A stretch of 32,000 nt of DNA. Source: Candidatus Saccharimonadota bacterium. GTDB taxonomy: Bacteria; Patescibacteriota; Saccharimonadia; Saccharimonadales; UBA4665. The position numbers were made by a program, and so were the translations under genes. A model generated the notes under the pieces. It had not been told where the DNA came from and ran no database searches. It saw nothing but the letters and a program-made list of their open reading frames with translations. Shown one piece after another: positions 7,845 through 16,664 of this stretch. The stretch spans positions 840,001 to 872,000 of the forward strand of contig CP065016.1 in the NCBI GenBank assembly GCA_016700375.1, in the 5' to 3' direction. Numbering within the stretch: the first letter of the stretch is position 1; every line of letters begins with the position of its first letter.

Positions 7845-10079
7845 CTAGGGGATCGTCACCCCCAACCAAGTTCCCGGTCCATTCATAGGACCTCGTCCTT
7901 CTACTATGGGCCGAAACGCCTCGGGGTAAAAACCAGGAGCTTTTGTACTTGGTGCTCGTAAGTTGAAGCTGAACTTTGCAATCTGCCCAGGCTGCACAAT
8001 ATGCTGATTCGTCGCAAGGGTTGTTCCATCAGATTCATACACGGCCGCAAATGTATCTGCAGGGCGGGTAGCACCAAGCCGCCAGGCATCATTAAATGTG
8101 CTTATTCGGTTAATCGGTCCATCAGTACCAAGTCGTACTGGTTGTCTCCCGGCATTCCAAGCAGAAATCTCATCGTACCAGGCGACGTTACCAGTGTTTT
8201 GGTACTGCAACCAGGCGCCACTGTATCCCCCCTGCGGAATCGTTGGATAGCTAGACTGCCCTTTATGTTCATACGAGTAGTTTGCTGGCATGATCGTCAC
8301 CCCCAACCAAGTTCCCGGTCCATTCATAGGACCTCGTCCTTCTACTATGGGCCGAAACGCCTCGGGGTAAAAACCAGGAGCTTTTGTACTTGGTGCTCGT
8401 AAGTTGAAGCTGAACTTTGCAATCTGCCCAGGCTGCACAATATGCTGATTCGTCGCAAGGGTTGTTCCATCAGATTCATACACGGCCGCAAATGTATCTG
8501 CAGGGCGGGTAGCACCAAGCCGCCAGGCATCATTAAATGTGCTTATTCGGTTAATCGGTCCATCAGTACCAAGTCGTACTGGTTGTCTCCCGGCATTCCA
8601 AGCAGAAATCTCATCGTACCAGGCGACGTTACCAGTGTTTTGGTACTGCAACCAGGCAGGTGAACTATTGGACTGTATTATCGACGGATAAGGACTTTGC
8701 CCCTTGAATCCGTATGAATAATCCGACTGTATAACATGTATGACCGAATAATAATTACCACTGCTCCACATTGGCCCCCAGCCTTCAACGATTGGCCGAA
8801 AGCCCTCGTAGCGCTGGCCAGAGCCGATCCAAGTTTTTGCTTTTAAGGAAAATTCGAAGCGTGCAATCTGCCCAGGCTGCACAATATGCTGATTCGTCGC
8901 AAGGGTTGTTCCATCAGATTCATACACGGCCGCAAATGTATCTGCAGGGCGGGTAGCACCAAAACGCCAGTCGTCTTCAAACCCACTTGAACGATTCAAG
9001 GGCAAATCCGTAGCAAGTCTAACGGGTGGTTGGCCGGCATTCCATGCAGAAACTTCATCATACCAGGCCCTTATGCCAATATTCTTAAATGTATATTGCA
9101 TGCGACTGCTTTCGCCATCATTTTTCAGCCAGGGGGATGCTCCTTGAGAGACGCTAGCTGCAGCGTAACTGGGTGTTATGGTGGAACCAAACCAGTCACT
9201 GTACATACGCCAGAAATTGCGGTTGCCATACGCGCTACAGCCGTCGCCAGTTCCATACATATTTGCAAGGGCTGCCGCGTTGGGCTGGTAGGGAGTGTAT
9301 GTGTAGAGCGCTGCCGTTGCTTTATTCTCGATATATACATTGGCTGCGCCGCAACCAGTTGGGGCAACATTCCAAAGAGTACTGTTTACTTGGTATGGCT
9401 TTTTGTATTGCCACCAGGACTGGGTCATGCTATCGAGATACCAGCGCATTAAGGCAGCTGATTGGGCAATTTGAATGGAGAATCCCGCATAATTTTGGTC
9501 ACAGTTTGCACTACCGCCTGGGCCGCTGTCAGGGCAGTACGCACCCATTGCATACGTGTACTGTCGCTCCAATGGCCATGTATCGGTCGTTAATGGCCCA
9601 ATAGATTCCTTCTGAATAGTAACGAGAAGTACCTTCGGATTTATTTGATATTGCTGTGAGGCATTGTAAATCATTTGTGCGGCGCTAATCGCGCCAGAGG
9701 GAATGGAACCTCTAAAATTGTTGGCAGGAACCCCTGGTCCGGGGGATGTCTTAGGCACTTCGTAGTAGTCCTTAAGACATATGTATGGCGGCGCAGGCCA
9801 ACCGCGCGAAGCCGCATATTGCGCGTGTGTCAAGTCTGGCCGTCCATACTCACTAGCCGGTAATGTTCCATTCGTATCGCAAACCGGAACTCTACTGTTC
9901 AAAAACGCCTGAATGTCTGCTACGGACATATCATTTGCATTGGTAAAGATGCCGTCGTCTATAATGCGTCCCGCTCTCCAGTCCGCTGCCGTCACTGCTT
10001 GAGCCCGCTGCATAGGAACTACTTGCAAGGTGATTGTGCACATGACCAGGGCAGAGACTAATATGCGGACATATTTCAT
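7845..10079 (-). CDS. Secreted protein: unknown N-terminal domain (possible cell-wall-active) plus three ~147-aa Ig-like (NBR1-Ig-like?) repeats
   Basis: ATG 10077-10079 is preceded by GGAGG. Signal peptide MKYVRILVSALVMCTITLQVVPMQRAQA|VTAAD. Three repeats carry W.QY.N.G..AWYDE.SAWNAG..PVRL.TD.P.NR.S.F.D.WR.GATRPADTFAAVYESDGTTLATNQHIVQPGQIA.F.F. The track start 10082 is a TTG one codon upstream. Confidence 0.75.
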   Translation of the reverse strand: MKYVRILVSALVMCTITLQVVPMQRAQAVTAADWRAGRIIDDGIFTNANDMSVADIQAFLNSRVPVCDTNGTLPASEYGRPDLTHAQYAASRGWPAPPYICLKDYYEVPKTSPGPGVPANNFRGSIPSGAISAAQMIYNASQQYQINPKVLLVTIQKESIGPLTTDTWPLERQYTYAMGAYCPDSGPGGSANCDQNYAGFSIQIAQSAALMRWYLDSMTQSWWQYKKPYQVNSTLWNVAPTGCGAANVYIENKATAALYTYTPYQPNAAALANMYGTGDGCSAYGNRNFWRMYSDWFGSTITPSYAAASVSQGASPWLKNDGESSRMQYTFKNIGIRAWYDEVSAWNAGQPPVRLATDLPLNRSSGFEDDWRFGATRPADTFAAVYESDGTTLATNQHIVQPGQIARFEFSLKAKTWIGSGQRYEGFRPIVEGWGPMWSSGNYYSVIHVIQSDYSYGFKGQSPYPSIIQSNSSPAWLQYQNTGNVAWYDEISAWNAGRQPVRLGTDGPINRISTFNDAWRLGATRPADTFAAVYESDGTTLATNQHIVQPGQIAKFSFNLRAPSTKAPGFYPEAFRPIVEGRGPMNGPGTWLGVTIMPANYSYEHKGQSSYPTIPQGGYSGAWLQYQNTGNVAWYDEISAWNAGRQPVRLGTDGPINRISTFNDAWRLGATRPADTFAAVYESDGTTLATNQHIVQPGQIAKFSFNLRAPSTKAPGFYPEAFRPIVEGRGPMNGPGTWLGVTIP
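7851..8732. repeat. Tandem 441-bp intragenic repeat (2 units) with a 366-bp core identical between units
   Basis: 7851-8216 and 8292-8657 compared base by base are identical. The identical shadow ORFs 7904..8092 and 8345..8533 in the track confirm the 441-bp offset. The 75-bp linkers 8217-8291 and 8658-8732 differ. Confidence 0.9.
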
Positions 10080-10657
10080 CAACGTACCTCCAGCGATGTG
10101 CTTTGCTCCACAACTTCACCTGTACCAGGCGTGACTTTCACAGCGATATTCCACGTTCCAGCCCCCAGAGAACCCACCGGCACGCTGAACCCGGCGCACG
10201 AGGAGAATTCCGGTTGGTATATGATTTGGGCGGTTTGCTCGGTACTCTTGCTGTCGTTCGTGATGGTGAGTGTACAGCTTCCGCTTGAGACGCCCTGTAT
10301 CTTGGTGAGAATGGTGACGGTAGTTCCTGACTGAGATGGGGTGAGATTAAGGCTTGTGCTGGTTGCGGCTGGCGGGGGCGGCTGGGTCTGACTTTGAGAG
10401 TTGGCCTTATCTAGATATTGCTGCTTGCTCTCGGCATCAACCTTTGCTTGAGCCGCTTTTTCTTTTTGGCTTGGTCCGCTCAAGACTGGCTTGGTCTGAC
10501 GGCCAGGCATATGAATGAGGTCGGTTCTATTAGTTAATTCAGAAATAATAAGAGCTATTCCGGCTACAAATAACAATAAGAACGCTGTAAAGACGGCTTC
10601 CTTGGTGCGAGACATATGCGAGAGACTATTCATACCATGTATATTTGAAATAACCAT
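10079..10657 (-). CDS. Small membrane-anchored surface protein: N-terminal TM helix, Q/P/S-rich linker, C-terminal beta-rich (Ig-like) domain
   Basis: The TM segment is AVFTAFLLLFVAGIALIISEL. The low-complexity stretch is QTQPPPPAATSTS. Its stop TGA overlaps the downstream ATG as TGATG. I preferred an internal ATG (10657, 10633 or 10615) because the track start 10789 would overlap galE by 65 nt. Confidence 0.55.
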   Translation of the reverse strand: MVISNIHGMNSLSHMSRTKEAVFTAFLLLFVAGIALIISELTNRTDLIHMPGRQTKPVLSGPSQKEKAAQAKVDAESKQQYLDKANSQSQTQPPPPAATSTSLNLTPSQSGTTVTILTKIQGVSSGSCTLTITNDSKSTEQTAQIIYQPEFSSCAGFSVPVGSLGAGTWNIAVKVTPGTGEVVEQSTSLEVR

Positions 10658-10724
10658 ATTATTATAACCATATGCACGATTATTTGCAATATACCCCCTA
10701 TTGAGCCTAGAGGTGACTAACGCA

Positions 10725-11738
10725 TCAAGTGGCGTAGCCGGCAGGATTTTGTGATTGCCAGCGCCAACTATCAGCGCAGGCTTGCTCAAGGGTCTTTTCT
10801 GCTCGCCAGTTCAGGTCTCGCGCGGCTTTGGCGGCACTCGCGAAGCAGGTGGCTACGTCACCTGGTCGCCGAGCGATTATTTCGTAAGGTATATCCTTGC
10901 CAACTGCGTTAGAGAACGCACGCAGCAGCTCCAATACCGAGACGCCGGTGCCTGTTCCAAGATTGTAGACGTTTGTTCCGGGCTTACTCTTTGCAAGCGC
11001 CGCCAAGTGGCCTTTTGCCAAATCAACGACATGAATATAATCACGGACTCCCGTACCGTCAGGTGTATCGTAGTCATTGCCAAAGATGCGCACCCTGTCG
11101 AGATTGCCAACCGCTACTTGTGAAATATATGGCATGAGGTTATTTGGGATTTCTTTGGGGTCTTCGCCTATTCGCCCGCTAGAGTGTGCTCCGATGGGGT
11201 TGAAGTAGCGTAGCAAGGTGAGCTCGAGCTCAGGTGCGGCGGTAGCAATATCACGCAAGATTTGCTCTATCATGTATTTCGTCTGGCCGTAAGGATTTGT
11301 TATACCCTGCCCGGTCGGGCTAGTTTCGGTAAGCGGTAGTTCGCTAGGATTGCCGTATACTGTTGCAGAGGAGCTAAAGATCAGTTTGCGCACGTCATTT
11401 TTTCGCATCACTTCCATAAGTGTTAATGTTGAGTCGATATTGTTTCGGTAATATGCCAACGGTTTCTCAACAGACTCCCCGACGGCTTTTAGCCCAGCAA
11501 AATGCATAACCGCATCGAATTCGAATTCATCGAAGACCGCCGTAAGCTCGGTAGCATACCTAACATCCAGCTCACGAAATATGACATTTCTGCCAGTAAT
11601 TTCTTCAACTCGTCGCAAAGACTCTTCAGAACTGTTTGATAGGTTGTCTACAACTACAACCTCGTTGTCTGCCTCCAGCAGCTCAACGACAGTGTGTGAA
11701 CCAATATATCCGGCGCCGCCAGTGACTAGTATCCGCAT
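10725..11738 (-). CDS. galE: UDP-glucose 4-epimerase
   Basis: MRILVTGGAGYIGSHTVVELL..., YGQTKYMIEQIL (YxxxK) and a length of 337 aa form the classical GalE pattern. Confidence 0.9.
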   Translation of the reverse strand: MRILVTGGAGYIGSHTVVELLEADNEVVVVDNLSNSSEESLRRVEEITGRNVIFRELDVRYATELTAVFDEFEFDAVMHFAGLKAVGESVEKPLAYYRNNIDSTLTLMEVMRKNDVRKLIFSSSATVYGNPSELPLTETSPTGQGITNPYGQTKYMIEQILRDIATAAPELELTLLRYFNPIGAHSSGRIGEDPKEIPNNLMPYISQVAVGNLDRVRIFGNDYDTPDGTGVRDYIHVVDLAKGHLAALAKSKPGTNVYNLGTGTGVSVLELLRAFSNAVGKDIPYEIIARRPGDVATCFASAAKAARDLNWRAEKTLEQACADSWRWQSQNPAGYAT

Positions 11739-11744
11739 TGCCTG

Positions 11745-11753
11745 ATTATAGCA
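11745..11753 (-). promoter_or_regulatory. Extended -10 box TGcTATAAT, 6 nt upstream of the galE ATG (11738)
   Basis: The reverse complement of 11745-11753 (attatagca) is TGCTATAAT. No SD is present. Confidence 0.5.
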
Positions 11754-11831
11754 CGGTGTTGTAGCTTACACAGTCGTCATCCACAGCAAGTCGCGCTATA
11801 CTTACATTGCAGAATCAAGCGAGGAGGGTAC

Positions 11832-12875
11832 ATGATAACAGTTATTATTGCTGGAGGGTCGGGGACACGCCTGTGGCCGCTGAGTACGCCAGATTTTCCG
11901 AAGCAGCTTCTAAAGCTTACAAACGACAAGTCTATGGTGAAAAACACCTATGATCGTGCATCGCAAATAAGCACAGAGATTTATGTAGTGCCAGATATCA
12001 GTCACGCGCATCATATCAAAGCGCAGATGCCACAGGTAGATGAGGAGCATTTTATCACCGAGCCAGGCCGTCGAGGCACGGCCAACTGCATCGTAGCTGC
12101 TCTGGCGTATATATCGAAGCGTCATGATAATGACGAGCCTATCGCGTTTCTTCATGCCGACCACCACATCAGAGATGTTGAAGGTTTCGTTGCGTCATTC
12201 AATCTGGCTCAACAAGTCACGAATGCCCAAAAACGCATTACGCTTATTGGGATTGAGCCGACATTTCCTGCGACCGGTTTTGGCTATATTGAACGGGACG
12301 GCAAACTTGCCGGGACCACTCAAGCGTATCGTGTTGAGTCTTTTAAAGAAAAGCCAGATTTTAAAACAGCGAAAAAGTACGTCGCAAGCGGCAGGTACTA
12401 CTGGAATTGTGGCTATTTTGTGGGCTCAGTCAACACATTTGTATCCGAGATGAAAGCACATGCACCGTCACTCTACCAGAACTATCAAAAACTCATTACT
12501 GCAGGAGATGACGACAGCAAGAACTACGCCGATACATACCTGAGCTTTGAGAACGAAGTAATCGATATCGCACTTATAGAAAAGCTGGAAGAGCTATATG
12601 TTGTACCGGCCGGGTTCGACTGGATGGACCTGGGCTCATTTAAGGATTTGCATGAAGCAAACGAGTCTGATGAGCATGGCAATCATTGCCGAGGCGGGAA
12701 CATCTATGAAGACGAGGTGGAAAACACATATATACGTAACGAAGAGGATAAGCCAGTTGTGGTGATAGGTCTCGACAATATTGTGGTAGTCAATACGCCA
12801 AACGGTATCTTGGTCGCGCGTAAAGACCTGAGTCAAAAAGTGAAAGACGCCGTAGAGCGTATGAAGGAGCAATAA
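11832..12875 (+). CDS. Mannose-1-phosphate guanylyltransferase-like sugar-phosphate nucleotidyltransferase
   Basis: VIIAGGSGTRLWPLS N-terminal nucleotidyltransferase motif, 347 aa, ManC-type without the isomerase domain. GAGGAGG SD upstream. Confidence 0.8.
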   Translation: MITVIIAGGSGTRLWPLSTPDFPKQLLKLTNDKSMVKNTYDRASQISTEIYVVPDISHAHHIKAQMPQVDEEHFITEPGRRGTANCIVAALAYISKRHDNDEPIAFLHADHHIRDVEGFVASFNLAQQVTNAQKRITLIGIEPTFPATGFGYIERDGKLAGTTQAYRVESFKEKPDFKTAKKYVASGRYYWNCGYFVGSVNTFVSEMKAHAPSLYQNYQKLITAGDDDSKNYADTYLSFENEVIDIALIEKLEELYVVPAGFDWMDLGSFKDLHEANESDEHGNHCRGGNIYEDEVENTYIRNEEDKPVVVIGLDNIVVVNTPNGILVARKDLSQKVKDAVERMKEQ

Positions 12876-12876
12876 A

Positions 12877-13656
12877 ATGGCAAAAAAAGTTATCGCATTT
12901 GACCTTGACGGAACACTCGCACCAAGCAAATCCACATTGCCAGATAGAATGGCGGAAGCACTCGGCGGACTACTTGAATATTTTCATATTTGCGTAATTT
13001 CTGGTGGAAAATTTGATCAATTCAAACTGCAACTTATCGACAACCTCCATGTCAGTCCGGACAAACTCGAAAAACTTCATATTATGCCGACGTGCGGTAC
13101 CAGGTATTATACATATAGCATCGCCAACAGCGATTGGCAGCTCGTGTACGCGGAGGATTTCAGCTCGGCAGAAAAGAAACACATAGTGGCCGCAATGAAC
13201 GCGGCCGTTGATGCGCTGGGCTACCGGCCACAAAAACTATATGGCGAAATGATTGAAGACCGGGGTAGCCAGGTGACGTATTCCGCACTCGGGCAAGATG
13301 TTGTTGCAGAATTAGGAGAAAAGGGCGTAGACCTGAAAGAGGCGTGGGATCCAGATTCTGTGAAAAAGCTAAAACTGCAGAAGTATTTAGCTGAGAAATT
13401 GCCCGATTTTGAAGTCAGAGCCGGTGGAGCAACTTCTATCGACGTTACCAAACCTGGTATAGATAAAGCCTATGGCATGGAAAAACTCATGGGCATGCTT
13501 AAGGTTGGTAAAGACGATATTTTGTTTCTTGGCGATAAGCTGCAAGAAGGCGGCAATGACTATCCCGTAAAGGCTATGGGCATCGATAGTCTCGAAGTAT
13601 CACGTTGGGAGGACACTGCCCTTGTCCTCGAAGGCATATTACATATAACGAAATAA
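12877..13656 (+). CDS. HAD-IIB family phosphatase/phosphomannomutase-like protein
   Basis: IAFDLDGTLAPSKS (HAD motif I DxDGT) and a C-terminal FLGDKLQEGGNDYP (motif IV). AAGGAG SD. Adjacent to the guanylyltransferase. Confidence 0.65.
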   Translation: MAKKVIAFDLDGTLAPSKSTLPDRMAEALGGLLEYFHICVISGGKFDQFKLQLIDNLHVSPDKLEKLHIMPTCGTRYYTYSIANSDWQLVYAEDFSSAEKKHIVAAMNAAVDALGYRPQKLYGEMIEDRGSQVTYSALGQDVVAELGEKGVDLKEAWDPDSVKKLKLQKYLAEKLPDFEVRAGGATSIDVTKPGIDKAYGMEKLMGMLKVGKDDILFLGDKLQEGGNDYPVKAMGIDSLEVSRWEDTALVLEGILHITK

Positions 13657-13658
13657 AT

Positions 13659-14744
13659 ATGAAAATACTGTATGTCACGCGTAAATTTCCCCCAACTGTG
13701 GGCGGCATGGAAAACGTGGCAGCGTGGCTCTACGACGCGCTCAAAGACCGCGCCGAAATCAAACTAATTAAATTTGGCGGCGCAAACAAGTGGCTACCGG
13801 TTGTGTTCCCGTGGCTGATGCTCCGGGCAGTCGTGACCGGCTGGGTATTCCGGCCAGATGTTATTTACGTACAAGATGGTCTTATGGGGGCGGCGACGCC
13901 TATTTTCCGAGCGCTTCTCAGGCGTCCAGTTGTGGCAACCATACACGGTACGGAAATGGTTTACAAAAATCCGCTGTACCTGAGAACAGTCATACCTGCG
14001 CTGAAACACCTCAGTGCTGCGGCCGCCATTAGTCGTGCCACAGAAGAAAAGGTACACCAAAAGCTTCCTGCGGTACCGACCCAGCTCATTCACTGGGGCG
14101 TACACGACGATTGGTATCTTGAGGACCGCGGTACCGCGCGAAAAAAACTTGCCGAAAAGCTTGGCGTCGACCTAAAAAACCGCCCGCTCATTATTCTTGT
14201 CGGTCGTCTTACTGAGCGCAAAGGTGCGCTCTGGTTTATAGAAAATGTGATGCCAGGTTTACGCGCCGAGCTACCCAGTGTGGCCTGTGTTATAGCGGGC
14301 AAGGGCAAAGACTACGAAGCAATCACGGCTGCCATAGAGCGGTTGGGCTTGCAGGACACAGTTTACCTGCCGGGCTATGTACTGGGTGACGACCTAAAGA
14401 ACCTCTATAACGCTGCCGACCTATTTGTTATGCCCAACCGTGAGGGCTTCGGGTTTGAGGGATTTGGTATGGTTGTTACGGAAGCTAGCAGCTGCGGTAC
14501 GCCCGCCGTCATAGGCAAATATTCTGGCGTGACCGATGCAGTCATAGATGGCAAAACTGGCTGGCTTGTCCCGGTCGATGAAGTGAAGGCGTATCTGGAG
14601 AAAATAGTGAATGAAGTGAAAAACCCATCGCTAAACCGCGCAGAAGTTCGCACCGCCACGCTCAAGACTTACGACTGGGACAAGACCGCCGAAGCCTACC
14701 TAGGGCTCTTCGCTGAAACCATTGAGTCGAGTCGGAAAAGGTAG
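13659..14744 (+). CDS. Glycosyltransferase family 1/4
   Basis: MKILYVTRKFPPTVGGMENV start and EGFGMVVTEASSCGTPAVIGKYSGVTDAV signature. I chose ATG 13659 because the track start 13605 would overlap the previous gene. Confidence 0.8.
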   Translation: MKILYVTRKFPPTVGGMENVAAWLYDALKDRAEIKLIKFGGANKWLPVVFPWLMLRAVVTGWVFRPDVIYVQDGLMGAATPIFRALLRRPVVATIHGTEMVYKNPLYLRTVIPALKHLSAAAAISRATEEKVHQKLPAVPTQLIHWGVHDDWYLEDRGTARKKLAEKLGVDLKNRPLIILVGRLTERKGALWFIENVMPGLRAELPSVACVIAGKGKDYEAITAAIERLGLQDTVYLPGYVLGDDLKNLYNAADLFVMPNREGFGFEGFGMVVTEASSCGTPAVIGKYSGVTDAVIDGKTGWLVPVDEVKAYLEKIVNEVKNPSLNRAEVRTATLKTYDWDKTAEAYLGLFAETIESSRKR

Positions 14745-16580
14745 CTACTCAACCGTTACAGATTTGGCGAGGTTGCGTGGTTTATCGACATCAAGACCCT
14801 TTTCGACCGCTATGTAGTATGAGAAGAGCTGCATGACTATGGCAACCAGGAGCGGCGATGTTTGTTCCATAGTATCTGGCACGGTCATAACATCTGTTGC
14901 AAGTTCTCGAATTTGGCTATTATCATCAGTGGCTATTGCTACAATAGGGCCTTTTCGAGCGCGGATCTCCTCTATATTGCTGTAGATTTTTTCTAGCAGA
15001 GGGCTGTTCGGTGCAATGGCGAAGCTCGGGAAGTTTTCGTCAATCATGGCGAGCGGCCCATGCTTCATTTCTCCGGCGGCGTAGCCTTCAGCGTGTATAT
15101 AACTAATCTCTTTGAGCTTCAGTGCACCTTCGAGCGCGCAGGGGAACCCATATTTGCGGCCAATAAACAGAAAATCTCGGGCATCTTTATACCGCAGAGC
15201 CACTTGTTTGAAATCTTCGGCATGCTTCAGAACAGCCTCTGCCTTTTGTGGTAACGCATCGAGTTCGGCCAAAAGTGGTTTGTAGAGGGGACTGTTTCCC
15301 TCACTGAGATACAGTGCAAGGAGCGTGAGCACGGTTACCTGCGCAACAAAGGCTTTCGTACTTGCCACTGCCTGTTCGGGCCCTGCATGACAGTACACGC
15401 CCGCGTCGGTTATACGGGCAATGGTGCTACCCACTGCATTGACAACCCCAAGCCGCAACACGCCGTAATTTTCTACCTTTTGGAGCGCGGCAATAGTATC
15501 GGCTGTTTCGCCGGATTGGGAAATAGCGAGTAGGGCAGTGCTACGCGAAAACGGTTCGTCACGGTATTTGAATTCGCTGGCGAGCTGCACTTCAACCGGA
15601 ATGCCAGCAATTTCTTCTATAAGATACTCGCCGACGAGTCCGGCATAGTACGACGTGCCGCAGGCTACTATGACAATGCGGTCAATGTACTTTAGCTGGT
15701 CGGCAACACTTTCGAGCCCGCCCAGTTTCACGATGCCGCTTTCTGGCTTTATGCGCCCGAGTGTGGCCGAACGAATTGTCTGCGGTGCCTCAAAAATTTC
15801 CTTAAGCATGAAGTGCGGATAGTCTCCTAGCAGTGCCTGGTCGGCGTCGTAATCAAGCGTTTCGGCAGAGCGCTCCACTGTCATATCAAGCTTTAGGTCG
15901 TGGAGCGTGTATTCGCCTCCCCGGTGAGCCACAATGTACTCTTGGTCATTTAGGTAGACAACTTGTTTCGTATGCGCCATGAGTGCAGCTGGGTCAGAGG
16001 CAAGTATAAGCGAGCTATCATCGGTAATGCCAAGCACAAGCGGACTGCCAAGTCGTGCCGCATACAACACATCTGGTTCTCGTGACGTCATGACGACGAG
16101 GCCATAAGCACCCCGGAGCTGGCCGAGCGTGCGACGGAAAGCTTCCTCAAATGTGTCGGCCTCTTTTGTGTAATAGTCAAGCAGGTGGGGGATTACCTCG
16201 GTGTCTGTTTCTGTTTGGAATTCATAGCCCTGTTTTTTCAGGCTTTCCCGAAGCTCTGCGTAGTTTTCGATAATGCCGTTGTGTACGACCATAATGCTTT
16301 TATCTGCATTAAAGTGCGGATGCGCGTTTGCTGTTGTTGGGGTGCCGTGTGTGGCCCAGCGTGTGTGGCCGATAGCAGTTGCGCTTTCTGGTGTGGGCTG
16401 ACCAAGTGAATCAACGAGCGCCTGAACGCGTCCGGTTTGCTTTGTAACCATAATCTCGCCGTCACTCAGGTAAGCCACGCCGGCAGAGTCATAGCCACGG
16501 TACTCCAGCGCTTGCAAGCCACCCAGTACGACCGAAACACCTTTTTTATCAGTACCAATATAGCCAACTATGCCGCACAT
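14745..16580 (-). CDS. glmS: Glutamine--fructose-6-phosphate aminotransferase (isomerizing)
   Basis: MCGIVGYIG N-terminal nucleophile, two SIS domains, C-terminal KSVTVE, 611 aa. Confidence 0.95.
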   Translation of the reverse strand: MCGIVGYIGTDKKGVSVVLGGLQALEYRGYDSAGVAYLSDGEIMVTKQTGRVQALVDSLGQPTPESATAIGHTRWATHGTPTTANAHPHFNADKSIMVVHNGIIENYAELRESLKKQGYEFQTETDTEVIPHLLDYYTKEADTFEEAFRRTLGQLRGAYGLVVMTSREPDVLYAARLGSPLVLGITDDSSLILASDPAALMAHTKQVVYLNDQEYIVAHRGGEYTLHDLKLDMTVERSAETLDYDADQALLGDYPHFMLKEIFEAPQTIRSATLGRIKPESGIVKLGGLESVADQLKYIDRIVIVACGTSYYAGLVGEYLIEEIAGIPVEVQLASEFKYRDEPFSRSTALLAISQSGETADTIAALQKVENYGVLRLGVVNAVGSTIARITDAGVYCHAGPEQAVASTKAFVAQVTVLTLLALYLSEGNSPLYKPLLAELDALPQKAEAVLKHAEDFKQVALRYKDARDFLFIGRKYGFPCALEGALKLKEISYIHAEGYAAGEMKHGPLAMIDENFPSFAIAPNSPLLEKIYSNIEEIRARKGPIVAIATDDNSQIRELATDVMTVPDTMEQTSPLLVAIVMQLFSYYIAVEKGLDVDKPRNLAKSVTVE

Positions 16581-16664
16581 GTATGTATCCTTTCGTTATA
16601 GTCTGAAGGCAATCTAGCAAGTATCTACTTCTATCATACGCGCAGCAAGTGACCCTGGCAGCAT

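Noticed and set aside
7851-8732. Repeats as a CRISPR array or non-coding satellite
   Set aside because: The unit is 441 bp with no spacer structure, and it lies entirely inside a long ORF encoding a repeated protein domain.
10658-10789. N-terminal 44-58 residues of track ORF 10079..10789
   Set aside because: This extension would overlap the galE 3' end by 65 nt and adds a non-hydrophobic stretch before the obvious TM anchor. Internal ATGs at 10657, 10633 and 10615 give a normal architecture.
16581-16664. Possible glmS ribozyme in the glmS leader
   Set aside because: Only 84 nt separate the glmS ATG from the upstream gene stop, which is too short for the ~170-nt ribozyme, and I could not see its conserved core. 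glmS appears co-transcribed with the upstream GT.
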